Below are positions 11,205 to 23,080 of a stretch of DNA of 64,000 nucleotides, piece after piece (within the stretch, counting starts at the first letter, position 1; each line of letters begins with the position of its first letter). This DNA is from Pavona decussata. Its lineage: Eukaryota. A model generated the notes under the pieces. It was not told the DNA's origin. It made no database searches and saw nothing but the letters and a program-made list of their open reading frames with translations. The stretch covers positions 1,922,001 to 1,986,000 of the forward strand of contig CDRNST010000091.1 of NCBI GenBank assembly GCA_977016875.1, written 5' to 3'. A program made the translations under genes and the position numbers.

Positions 11205-14200
11205 CTAAACTACCACCGAGATCAACCGTTGAACCCTTCAACCAACAATCAGGTTTGACTTAAATTTCTCTCATAGCATTACCGGAAATAATTATCTTGA
11301 ATGCTAAACGAATGCTATTGATTGGAAATTCTAAACGTACATATTTCACAATTAATGATAGGAGAAGATAACTCCCCATGAAACCACTTAGTGAGGTTTA
11401 TGAAGCGATTGTAGGAACGTAGTATTTCGCCGAGTCTAGATATCTGTAAACTAACTTAAAGACATTTTACCTTGTAGACGACCCATGTCCGCGTCTTGGT
11501 CTACAAGAGAATAGTCAAGTGGAAAAAACATGGCCATCTGCACTCAAATGTAAACCTCACAGGTATGCAAGACATCCCTGACAGCTCCTGTCGACATATA
11601 AGCTATTCATTCTTTACTGTGAAGGGGGTTTGGTGAAATGTTATCAACCCAAAATCATTATACTTGGCCCTTCTATGAATGTTAGCAAATGGTATCAAAT
11701 ATTGGTAGAATCATTAGACAGCTTTAATTTTGTACAGCATTAAGTCGACCAATCGAAGAGAAAATTCACACAGAGCTCAAATTTACGCCCAAAAACTGAA
11801 TAATAGGGAACTTTTGAATCACAGACGCTTTTGAGCCACGAACGGTAACCGGAAATGAAATTTTTTCCTTTTTTTGGAGTGTTTTGACGCCATCGCGTTT
11901 GTAACGTCTAACCACAGTTATCAACAAGAGCTTTTCCTGTCCGTGGTAAGGAGCAAAACCACACCAAAAAAGGAAACATTCAACTTCCGTGTTACAAGTG
12001 GATAATTATAGGTCACAGAGCAACAAATATTCTAATGTCTAATGATAACCTTACAGTAACCTTCCTTTACTGTATTTTTAAGGGCAAATAGTGTAGCTTG
12101 TGAAGTGGCTAACGAATTTCACGGCTTGCGACGTCCGGGGTATGTTGAAGATCGCAAATGTAACGAGACGCACTACCCAGACATCTGCTCGTTTAAAGAG
12201 ACAAAGCCAGGACATCATGAAATAACGTGCAACGCAGAGATTTGTGGGATATCAGACGTCGAAATAGGTTCTACTGATCCAGACATGGGAATAATTACTA
12301 AATGGACGCCTTTTTCAAGGAAATACTTAACTGCAACAGTGCAAAAGGCTGTAGAAACAAACAGGGAAAATGGATTCGGTTATCTGTTCATTAGATGTGG
12401 AAATATCCTTCAATCGCTCATCTTCCCACCAATCTTGAAGAAAGTCAAAGATGGTACCGAGAGAAGCAACATTAACGTAAATGTGATTGTGTTGGACTCT
12501 ATCGCAAGACCACATTTCTATCGCATTCTTCCAAGATCTGTTGCCGCTCTTCGCAAGATAGCTCAAGACCAAGAAATCAGGGTCACGGCGCTGGACTTTG
12601 AGCTTTATCAGAGTGTTGGTCAAGCTACGTTTGACAACATGCGGCCATTTTTCTCTGGTATTATCAAAGGTGAGCGCCATGATGACCTATTTACAGCTAT
12701 CAAGAATCATATGACGGTTGGAAAGACTTTTCCTGATAATGTTCCCTTAATCTAAGGAAAGGCCAACAAGGACCATAACATTTCTTGACGTCTTTTGTAC
12801 TCTAAAGAATAGTCTGCTTGATGTTCTTCGGAGTTACTTTATCTGCAGCCAAAATGATTGAATTAAAACAAAAGTAGTTCAAACGTGGGGTGCACACAGT
12901 GGACTTTCTTCACGATTTACATGAAAAATGTCGTTTAGAACTGTTTTTTTTTTTTTTTTTTTTTTTGTTTGTTTGTTTGTCTGTTTTTGTTTTTTGTTTT
13001 TTCTTTGTTTTTTGTTTTTTTGCTAAAATTAAGTTCGGACCAAGGCTTGGAACTAGTCAAAGTGAGCCTTAAACTTTCAATTTTCTGTTGATAGGGATAC
13101 GAGCACTCGCCACCAACCAACGAAGCCGGGTTCCGGACCCAGGACTCGGCTTTATTTGTGCATTGAGGTGCACTGAACTTAAAATATCGCAATCAAACCT
13201 AATAAAAATGGCAATGGGTCCTTGGAGCATTATTTTTTATCCTCAACTTTGTTTTACAGATGACAACAAAATCAGTGAAACAGTAAAAAGCGCGAAGGCT
13301 CCCTTAGGTGTTGAAGTGTTGTATAAGACCTTCAAGGAATGGGGGTACCAGACCGTCTATCAAGAAGATCTTTGCTGGTTTGACCAATGGGGAATTGGGT
13401 TAACAAACCTTGAAGTAAGAAAAATGCCTAGCACATCTTCGGAATTCAAAGAGAGGTAAGATAACTCTGGCGTAGAGTGAAAACTTTTTCACTAAGGCGA
13501 ACGGAGTGGACATAAAGTAAGGAGTGACCATCCACTTAAACTACATTTTTTATATTAAACAGCCAGTTGAATCCCAACTCACGAACCAATACGAGAACTT
13601 CGTCACTCCGGCCTCTTTACTGGATTTTTTTCCTCTACAAAAACACTTAGTCAGCCATTTTCTTTCCCTCGTTGTTTTGATCACAACAATTTTTGGAGGA
13701 ATAAACTTTTGGAAAAAAAATTGTCCAAAAATTTTTCTTTCCAAATAGAAACAGTCCGAACATTTATGACTATGAACATTTAGGCCACTGGACAAATTGC
13801 TGGAATTTTAAGAAATTTACCACAAGTAAGGATGATAAAAGCGTTTGACAATGTGACGCCATTGCCTATGATAACAAAATTAAGTACGGTGCCTCTTTCT
13901 TCTGCTGCACATACGTTCTGTGCATCTCGAGATGGTACGAGAAACTTGGGTTTCTACTTAAATAAAAACGAAACTTTTCAATAACAATGGCCATTGAATT
14001 CCACGCCGTGACGTCTTTTTTTTTTTTTCTTATTATTATTTTTTAAAAAGTTCCGTTTTCAGGTGTCCACAGAAGAAGAACAAAAAAACAGCGTTTTTAA
14101 AAGTTCCACTCTGGGGAGCCTTTTTGAAAAGTTGCGTTTTCCGTGACCGTTTTTTTACTGAAAACATGAGGACGGAAGGTCAATCCTTAAAGAAATAGTC

Positions 14201-16868
14201 TGGTGATACGTGTGAACTGGGCCATGGTTAATAAACAGCATCTAGGATGTATGTGTGACGGTCCTCACAAACTGATTTCGGTCGATGGACGTTTTTCTGT
14301 AGTTTATTATTACATCATTTATCATTGAGTTTCTTTGTTTACGAACGGTCATGACCATGTGGATTCAACCAACTTACGATACACTTTGGATTCTCACAAC
14401 CAGCAGCTGTTTCTTAAAGGGGAAGTATCATGGAGTTTTCTTACCTCTTTTGTTAAAAATAGTGAAATAAGACCTCCATTTAGCTACAAAATAATTCTAG
14501 AACAACGAGAGGAAAGAAGTCAACTCAATTCGTGATCTGTTCTAACGCATTTTAGAAACAAAAATGCCAGAACTTGGAAAATATTAGCCTAACATTTTTC
14601 AAGTTTCAATCCATTCCGACCTAAACTGTTCCTTTTTTTTGTAATTTGTTTATTTGTTTCCAACCACACACGTTACAGTACTTACAACAACTTACTCATA
14701 ATACACTACTCACAGTATATAGCTAACAATATAACTTACACCACAATATAACTTACATTACAATATACATTACAATATAACTTACATTACACTACAAACG
14801 TACATTTTCTTGAACTTATAATATACAAAAACAGTACAGACAAAAAAAGATACATCACTTAAAGTATATACTGTCCCTGGCCAGAGGCATTAATCGACAG
14901 TTTTATTGCAATGGAGTCATAATTCATGACAATACTAGACAATTATTTTTTTTGTTTCTGCTGACAGGCAAACATTTTTGGGTTTTGAAATGACATCAAA
15001 TTCTTCGTGATACTTCCTCTTTAAACAACTAAATTGTAGTCTTCACAATTCATTTGAGCAAACTTTGTCACATTTCATGGCAGGTTGAGTGAGTTTCAAA
15101 GCAAGATGGACACAAAATACATCGATGACTTTGGCCTGTTACATTTTTCCTGCCCAGTGCTAAAGAAATACAACGAGACGACTCACTACGAAAATCCTCC
15201 AAAAGTTTGCTTAAACGGACAGTTTTTCAGTCACTACTTCCTAGATTACATTGCAACTATGTACGCCTCCCTAAGAAAAGACAACAAAGCGAAATCGTTG
15301 TTTTCGTTCATGCATTTCAACACTGGACACGAATATACTGGAGTACGAATGATCAACATGGACGCCAACTTGGCGAAGTTCTTACATACAATGGCTGAGA
15401 GTGCCGACACTCTTACTGTGATATTTTCCGACCATGGAAACAAAAATACACAATACAGCTTTACAGAAGAAGGACGAAGAGAAGCTTTCGATCCAGTGAT
15501 GTTTATGCTAGTTCCCGAAGGTGTGAGTAAAAAGCTAGGGAAGCAGAGAATGGCCGCTCTACTCCAAAACCAAAAACGTCTCTTTACTTTATTTGACCTA
15601 CACAGAGCGCTTATGTCCTTGAACGAACCGAAGAAAATGAGTCTTTGGAAGTCTTCGGAAGCTGGTTTATTTGCAGTTTTACCCGCAGATCGCACTTGTG
15701 CAGACTTGAATCTCATGCCGCTGACTAGGTGTAAGTGTGAAGGATTTGATGATAATAATCAAGCTGAAGATAATTCGGAGAAACACAAATGGCTGGCGGA
15801 ATTTGCGCTTGGAACCATAAACAATGCTATACAAACACAACAAATGCAAGGTGAGATATTTTCAAGTAAACAATAAAATGGGAGGTTTCGCCAACGACTC
15901 TTATTCCCCGTTGAAGTCCCCGCCTCCGTAAAAGAGCTTAATAATAGCCCCGTCTCGATTAGTCTACAAGAGAAAAGGCTCGATTCAATAACAATATAGA
16001 TTAAAGGTAAAATCGTTTACAAATATTGTGACACAACAAAATCACAAACGGGAATATGTTACAACCGCCACCCGACCTTACCCCTCCTCTCTTTCCCCCC
16101 CCCCCCCCCCCCCTCTTCATTCCCCTCTTGAAACAGAGTTATGAACTCTCTAGGATAAATTATTGTTGTGTTATTTTTCCTCTAGATAATAGTAGCAACC
16201 CACATGAAAAGTATGGCTTTGGAAACTGCCAGCGCTTGGTCGGCAAATCTTTTACCAAAATATTTCAACGCTTTCAAGGAGAATACATTATTACCACCAT
16301 GGACCTACACGTTATCCCTCCAACAGGTTACAACGACGATGAGGTGTTTTCGGTTGCGCTTAAACACCATACTCTTCCGAAAGACAATGTTTGGTTGACA
16401 GCTTTCACACGGCAGACAAAGTATAGCAAGTTTAAGACATGCGCCGACAAAACCGTTGATATCAAGTTGTGCGTGTGCGCCAGCAAACTAACAACTGGAG
16501 GAGAAACAATTGACTTAAAGATTCCAAGTGAAATGTTTGGTTCGAAGACTGTTGTCCAAGATCTGGACTCTGGATGTCTATTAATTTTGAGAAGGGATTA
16601 CGGATCCATTGCTCTGGCACTGGAAATAGCAAATGTATGCGTTGATCGCACCTACAGGTTTGAATTGTCTGGTAAAGCTAAAGAAAGAGTATTTTCAAAG
16701 GAACTGCCCATTAATCTTGAATTATCCCCCAAAACATTTTACTTCTTAACGTCAGTTAACAAGCTTGTCTCCAAAGATAATTTTCCTGTACAGTTCGATG
16801 CAAGTATATATGTGAAGAGCAATGGGTTAAGAAAGTTTAAAGAGTTGAAGGAAGTGTCAATTATTTGA
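11205..16868 (+). CDS. DUF229-family protein (alkaline phosphatase/sulfatase superfamily), multi-exon, 5' incomplete
   Basis: Exons 11205-11252, 11478-11562, 12083-12669, 13260-13455, 15084-15850, 16186-16868. All have AG/GT boundaries and compatible phases, giving one frame of about 787 codons. Motifs: VIVLDSIARPHFYR, YQSVGQATFDNM, HFNTGHE, IFSDHG, LFTLFDLH, RTCADL. Confidence 0.85.
13092..13155 (+). mobile_element. 5' (tRNA-head) fragment of a SINE in a DUF229 intron
   Basis: gagcactcgcc.ccaaccaa...ccgggttc..cccaggactcggc resembles a tRNA-derived SINE head with a degenerate B box. Confidence 0.4.
14050..14224. mobile_element. Harbinger-like MITE remnant
   Basis: Repeated cgttttc/aaaagttcc motifs, and the end cgtgtgaactgggcc resembles a GTGTGGACGGGGCC-type terminus. 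Confidence 0.4.
14414..14600 (+). mobile_element. Kolobok-like non-autonomous element fragment (second copy 32274-32450)
   Basis: Starts at TTAA|AGG. Shares agctacaaaa.taattctagaac.acgagaggaaagaa.tcaact and cgtgatctgt with 32274-32450. Confidence 0.6.
14670..14800. repeat. Degenerate (TTACA/ATACA)n low-complexity repeat
   Basis: Repeated ttaca and acaatata units. Confidence 0.6.
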
Positions 16869-17392
16869 TTATGTTGTCAGTTCTAAACCAAATTATTGTT
16901 GAACTTAAAAACCACTAGCTGAGAAATATCATTGTTTTCAGTGAACGTTTTCAGCTTATTTAATTAAAACATGTCGCAACATTGTCTAAAGAGCTGATAA
17001 TCTGCATTGAGTTATCTTTTCTGAGGTTTGTGACCGGTGTGGTTAATAATTTCCTGAATTTTGATTTGGACGCTGTTTACCTTTGGAACATTTGATTTCA
17101 ACTTAATTAAAGTCCTTTCATTGCAGTACTTCAGTGCAGTCTGTTACTTTAACACAGAAACTATAGTACCGGAGGTAACTTTTCACCTTTGTCTAAAAAA
17201 CTTGTCACTTTTGTTGACTGTCACGGGGAGGATATCTTATCAAGATTTGCACCTTTAATTAACAGAAACACGACTAAGTAAGGAAAGTTTGCCTCACGAT
17301 TTCTGCAGAACCGCTCTGCGGACGTCTTTCTCCATTGCCCACAAACTTATTTAAGAAAGTAACGAAGCTGCGGCCCAAAGAAAGAAATAGTC

Positions 17393-18310
17393 ATGTATAA
17401 TAGCACACCTTGCTTTCCTGTTCTAAATCATTTAAATTCGGGTTTTTCAATTTGTAAAATAATAACTTTCGCTGCCTCGATTATAATCGCCGTTCTGTCA
17501 CCAGTCGCTGCTATGGGAAACGCTCTGGTTTTGGCGGCAATTTGGAGGAAATCTTCTCTCCGATCGCCTTCTTACATTCTGCTGGCTGGGTTGGCCGTCA
17601 CTGACTTTGGCACTGGTCTCCTCTCCGCGCCATTTCATGTTGCAAAAGAATTGATCTCCATGGCCAAGCTTGAGTATACCATAATAAATTGCATCGCAAC
17701 TGGCTTCACTTCGTCCCTTTTCTTAACGACAGTTCTGATTGTAACACTCATGGCCATTGAACGATGGCTACACATGACTCGACGATCGCTGATAACAGCG
17801 CGCAGAGCTTCTTACATTGTTGCGGTTATGTTCATCCTCCCCATACCTTATGTTGTACTTCACACTCAGGGAGAAAGAAGTCAGAGAGCTGCCTTAGATA
17901 TTGCCTCCATTTTACTTCTGCTATTTTCCCTATGTGTCACCACCCTGGTTTACTTCAAGGTCTTCATAATAATTCGTCACCATCAACAGCGTGTAAATCA
18001 CACAGGAGAATCATCCAACAACCAACCCCAGTCATCGATCAACATTGCCAAATACAAGAAATCCGTCTACTCGATTATCTACATCCTAGATGTCTTTTAC
18101 CTTGGCTATGCCCCCATGCTCATCACCTTTGGAATATATCTGGGTCTGCCGACTACCTACAGTGACACACGAAAATCCGCACTAAAAGCAATGCTTGTGT
18201 TTCCATTTTTGTCTTCTTTACTTAATCCTATTCTTTACTTGTGGAGAATGAAAGATATTCGGGATGAAGTAAAAACATTGGTAAAGCGAATACCCTGTAA
18301 AAACAACTAG
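17393..18310 (+). CDS. Intronless class A GPCR (305 aa)
   Basis: Intact 7TM ORF with GN, LRSPSY, LAVTD, AIERW, SSLLNPILYLWRM. Confidence 0.92.
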   Translation: MYNSTPCFPVLNHLNSGFSICKIITFAASIIIAVLSPVAAMGNALVLAAIWRKSSLRSPSYILLAGLAVTDFGTGLLSAPFHVAKELISMAKLEYTIINCIATGFTSSLFLTTVLIVTLMAIERWLHMTRRSLITARRASYIVAVMFILPIPYVVLHTQGERSQRAALDIASILLLLFSLCVTTLVYFKVFIIIRHHQQRVNHTGESSNNQPQSSINIAKYKKSVYSIIYILDVFYLGYAPMLITFGIYLGLPTTYSDTRKSALKAMLVFPFLSSLLNPILYLWRMKDIRDEVKTLVKRIPCKNN

Positions 18311-18439
18311 AGAAACAGAAGACGTTACGTTGGCCGGACTGTCATTGATAAAATTGACTGATTCTTGTCTCTTTTTTTTTTAATAATAGCACCAAACCTA
18401 GAAATCTTCCTCACTTTCAAAAATGCCTTTAGCCATGTG

Positions 18440-18689
18440 TTTTGGCACTAGGAAAAGGATTTTAAGAAAAAAATTGGAGGGATGTAGCTGTGCCAGAAAG
18501 CTTCCAGTCGTATTTTGAACTTTCCATACAATTGTCCGCATAGCGAACCAGCCTTGAACTGCTACTAAAAATAGTTCGCGGGGAAAAAATACAGGGAAAT
18601 GTATGGAAAGTTCAAAACACGACTGGACGCTTTCTGGCACTGCTAAATCCTTCCATTTTTCCCTTAAAATCCTTTTCCTAGTGCTAAAA
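18440..18689. repeat. Long inverted repeat (~90-bp arms, ~69-nt loop), probably MITE-derived
   Basis: 18440-18530 is the near reverse complement of 18600-18689. Confidence 0.85.
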
Positions 18690-18751
18690 GTTTCCAATTC
18701 ATGATTTTTTTAAAAAGCGATGTTTTACTGTATGAAAATTGTTTGACATCG

Positions 18752-18791
18752 GATTCGATACAAACACTGTTGATTCGATACAAACACTGTT
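18752..18791. repeat. Perfect 20-bp tandem duplication
   Basis: gattcgatacaaacactgtt x2. Confidence 0.9.
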
Positions 18792-20639
18792 ATTGCAAGC
18801 CTGTTTGCCTACTCGTCAAAATGGCGCCGAAAACCGTTATAAGGCCTATTCGAATATTAGAAGAACTTTCTTAGGGGAACGATCTGACAAAAAAAACCTT
18901 ATTTAGATCGCAGCAAACAAAATCAACAAAACTCTAAGGGCGTCAAACCATATCAGCAGGACACAATTTCACAACATTTTGAAGTCATTTCATCAAAGCA
19001 AACTTTTCATTGCATTTCACAAGCCTTATGGTTTGAATTGTCCTTGCATTTTTTTTTTTAATCCAAGATACCGCATTTTTTTCATTCGCCTATGTTTCAT
19101 TAATCATGTACACAGTTTATTCTCAACGAACTCTGGATCGCGTCCGATCGACGTTTTAACGTTCTCGAGCTGTTAACGGTAATATCGATTCAGTTAAAAA
19201 AAAAACGTCAACCTCAAGTCAATGGCAGGTACAAGTTTCATGTCATTCTGAGTAAGAAAGCACTGCTTCAAGGCCGGGCATGGTCGCCAAACTCGGAACA
19301 CCCTGGAAAGCTTGCAAGGGTGAATCTAGTCTCCCAGTGGAGTTAACATACTGAATAAAGGACGATTAAAAGGAGCAGTATTTATTTTGAAGCTCGTTAT
19401 TTCCACCTCGGTGAGGTTTTAACTTTAAACGAGACGTTAATTTGTTATCGTCGTAACGCAGTTACATGATTTCGTCTTCATACAATAATTACAATCTTTA
19501 AAAGATATGTTACGGCACAAATATAGAAATCAGTTATTAAGGGAAGTATCCTTCAAATAATTCTTTAGAATATTAATTTCTAGATTGTAAAAATCCAAAA
19601 AGTCAATTTTAATTACGCTTTGTTTACCGATATTTTGGTTTAAGCGAAATCAAGGAAAAGGGATGTTTGATTAATATTACGCTGAACACACGAACACAGA
19701 GAGGTCACATATATGATAAAATTTCAAATGAATGCTTGCTTAAATTAAAAGCACAAAACTGCAAGCCTGATATGTAAGAAATTTTCAACTGTTTAAAACT
19801 TATTTTAGGGTTTTAAAAATAAGTCATGTGGCAAGATAATGTTTTAAAAAAATACTTTAATTACACATGTACGTTTGGTTTTTTCAATTGCAATTGATTT
19901 CATGATTGATAGGTGTAAAATAAATTTTAATTTATTTCAAGCGCGAAGCAAGAAGTCATATGTGTAATAACAATTTTGTGAAGAAGTTCAAGGCTAGAAT
20001 TAGAAAAAGGAAGACATAACAAGCAAATGCTACTACAATTCAAAACTGTGAAATAAAGATTCTACGCAGAAGAAAGTGAATCCCATGTTTTCAGGATGGC
20101 GCTGATGCAAATGACACATATCCGATCGGATAATAACACTGTTCAGTGTATTAATAATAAACTCTTAAACTCTGGTAGCCAAATCTTGAATTGTTTTGTT
20201 TATGTTGTTCTAGATTTTGCGGCTGTCAGATAGAATCAGCAGACTGAAATGTATAAAATTTTAATCAAAATAACTAAAAAAAACTAGCGCTTTCATGTAC
20301 ATTTGCGAAGTAGAAACCCATTTTCGCATGCTCTTATTGGCCAAAAAAACTCACGTGTAAAAAGATGGATGACTTCATTTTTCATATACCTCGTCCAATG
20401 TTCTCGAAAAATAAGCAACAGCAAATAACCAAAAGCACACTTTCAGATTTATCTTTTCAATAACTTTTTAATCCAATCACATTGCTGGTGAATTCAGAAA
20501 AACTAATCGCCTTGCATCTATTTCATTAAACGTAATCACGCCCTTATCAACGCGAGTTCATACAGACGTTCAGAAGCTTCGAGGCTGAGGAACAATCTTC
20601 TATGTCTTCCATCGCATATTAGAAACATCAAGCACCATC

Positions 20640-21028
20640 TTCTCAGCGACGGCGACGGCGACGGAAACGACCAACGCCGCAAAACGATAGGTTTAATGCG
20701 CAAAAACAATCGCTCTGCACGTGCGGTTTAAATTTTGGTACATTTCTTTGCTGTCCTCTGTAAAACAAAACATCGTGAAGTGATAAAATTTCAAGGTTTC
20801 GTGGAGAAGGTGAACACATGACGGTGATTTTTTCAACCTCTTTCTTAACTTAAACGCCACTCTTACCAAGTTGTTTCCTGGGTAGTTCGACGTTTGTGTA
20901 GATTTTTTTTAAGGTTTCGTTTTTGTGGAAGTTGAAGGCGTAGAAATATCGCGAAGTAACACAAATGAAATAAATTTTTATTTTCAAGTAAGGTTTCCGT
21001 TGGCGTTGGTGTCGTCGCTGCTTTAGTA
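20640..21028. mobile_element. MITE with imperfect GC-rich inverted ends
   Basis: agcgacggcgacggcgacggaaac versus gtttccgttggcgttggtgtcgtcgct. Confidence 0.55.
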
Positions 21029-21864
21029 TAAGATTTGGAAAACATCCTATAACCTCACGAAACACACTGAATCAACAAAAGCAGTTTCTCATATCCTATC
21101 AAGGCTGAGCAAGCAAGCAGTTTGCTAAGTCAAACAGTTCATGAATAAAATGGCTATAATGACTTCAACAAACAGGTAGAGTTTCGTACAGATCTCATTA
21201 AACTCGGGATAGATAAGGAAGTTTCAATTTCACGATTTTTATCGCCGGTCTACAACACTTTGCACGCCATTCATTAATTTTAAAAAAATTGCAATTCTTT
21301 TGTTGTTATATTCCGTAAAGTTTAAATCAGAAATCTACGAACCTTCATATTTCTACTAAATTCAGTATGACAAATTAATTTCTGAACTCAATCTCTCACC
21401 TTATCTAATAATTTACAATTTCACGCGTATGTTTGTTGTAACTATGACAACAGAAAGCTTTTAATGGGACAGCTGCAACTATCAAAAGTAAATATAGTGA
21501 CTTCGAAAAAAAATAGGATTTTAACTCTGCCGAAACCTCATTGGTTTCACTCGGCATTAGGATCACGTACAAACTTTGACGGCCAAACGGTTTTTAAATA
21601 CCATATCTAACACTTCTAAACAAAAGGGCGTTGTGCCGTAATTGACTCTTTCTGGAGGAACTCAAAAGTGCGCCGTTAATTTGGTAATTTCTTATCATTC
21701 CGTTTCCAATGAAGCGAAGGCTTTCCATTGTATTTGAACGATCTGAAGGTACACTTCGAGAGACAAGGCCTGAGATCTCCTCGTACGTTTCAGCTTTCGC
21801 CTGAAGTTTCACGGTAAAGTGAATCAAAGAACCAATTTTCAGCGTTCATGAACAAAGCGAAGCC

Positions 21865-22824
21865 ATGTTAAACAACACGACTTCCTCTTCTTCATATAAT
21901 TTGTCCTTTTCTCGTGACTTGCCACACAATGGCGACAAACAAGATCCTTATATTTATGCAGCTAGTCTTGCAATTGCGGTCACTATGGCCGTTCTTTCTC
22001 CAGTGGCAGTGATGGGCAATGCGTTGATATTGGCGGCAGTTTGGAAGAAGACGTTCCAGAGGACATCCTTCCATATTCTTTTGAGTGGACTGGCATTCAC
22101 TGATTTGTGTACAGGCCTTATTGTTCAACCCATTCATGTTGCAAGCATTTTGCTTTACAACATTGATCCACCGGGAAGAGCTATTGAGAGGCCATTGCTG
22201 CACGTGACGTTTGAAACAATTGCGGATGCCAGTGCTACGTATTTTGTATTTGTCACAATTCTTATTTTAATGCTTATGTCAGTTGAAAGATGGCTTCACA
22301 TGTCTCGGAGATCCTTGGTAACATCGCGTGGCGGATGTTCTATCGCCATTGCGTTTTTTCTCATTCCTGTTCCAATAGTCGTGTTACGGTCACTGGAAAC
22401 TATAAACCGAGGTTCAATTGGGAGTACTTATTACCTTACCATTATAGCGCTAATGTTGCTTAGTTTTGTAACAATATTTTTTGCCTATTTTAAAGTGCTA
22501 CGAATAATTCGTTTTCATCGGCTACGGATTCAAGCAGGTAAACCAGCCCAAAGATTTGGCCAACCGGCAATAAATCTGACGAAGTACAAGAAATCCACGA
22601 TTACCATTTTATACATTTTGGCATCGTTTTCGTTTTGTTTCTTACCTTTCATCGTCGCTATTGGGTTATATACTTTTCAAGGCTTAAACTCAGAAATATC
22701 CGTAGCAATCGGTTTTTCCCTGGTACTTGTATTTTTGTCCTCTTCCCTTAACCCGTGTCTTTACCTCTGGAGAATGAACGATGTTCGGAATGGAGTGAAA
22801 CAGTTATTGTTCTCCTCAAGCTGA
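21865..22824 (+). CDS. Intronless class A GPCR (319 aa), FQRTSFH subfamily
   Basis: Intact 7TM ORF with GN, LAFTD, SVERW, CFLPF, SSSLNPCLYLWRM. Confidence 0.93.
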   Translation: MLNNTTSSSSYNLSFSRDLPHNGDKQDPYIYAASLAIAVTMAVLSPVAVMGNALILAAVWKKTFQRTSFHILLSGLAFTDLCTGLIVQPIHVASILLYNIDPPGRAIERPLLHVTFETIADASATYFVFVTILILMLMSVERWLHMSRRSLVTSRGGCSIAIAFFLIPVPIVVLRSLETINRGSIGSTYYLTIIALMLLSFVTIFFAYFKVLRIIRFHRLRIQAGKPAQRFGQPAINLTKYKKSTITILYILASFSFCFLPFIVAIGLYTFQGLNSEISVAIGFSLVLVFLSSSLNPCLYLWRMNDVRNGVKQLLFSSS

Positions 22825-22861
22825 ACTGAATAAACTTTGTAATTTCACTTTGTTATCAATA

Positions 22862-23080
22862 GAGGGGAGCAGGGATGCGCAGTGATGCGGAGTTGACGCA
22901 ATATGTCGCTTGAGTTTGTGGTTGGTTCTGGTCCATGCTCCGAAGGTTTTTCTCCGGGTACTCCGGTTTTTCTTCCGCCACAAAAACCACTATTTTAAAA
23001 TTTTAATTTTACCTGTAACGAACGGTTTACCTTTGAAGGATTTCCTATAGAGCTCTTTGGTGCTCCGTGGGTAAAAGAAA
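22862..23080 (+). mobile_element. V-SINE-like SINE with partly deleted tRNA head
   Basis: gggagcagggatg.cgcagtg head, then gagtttg..gttct...ttctccgggtactccggttt, which resembles the conserved V-domain core. Confidence 0.6.

Noticed and set aside
16056-16185. Proline-rich N-terminus of the 270-aa ORF
   Set aside because: Intronic poly-C. The exon starts after the AG at 16185.
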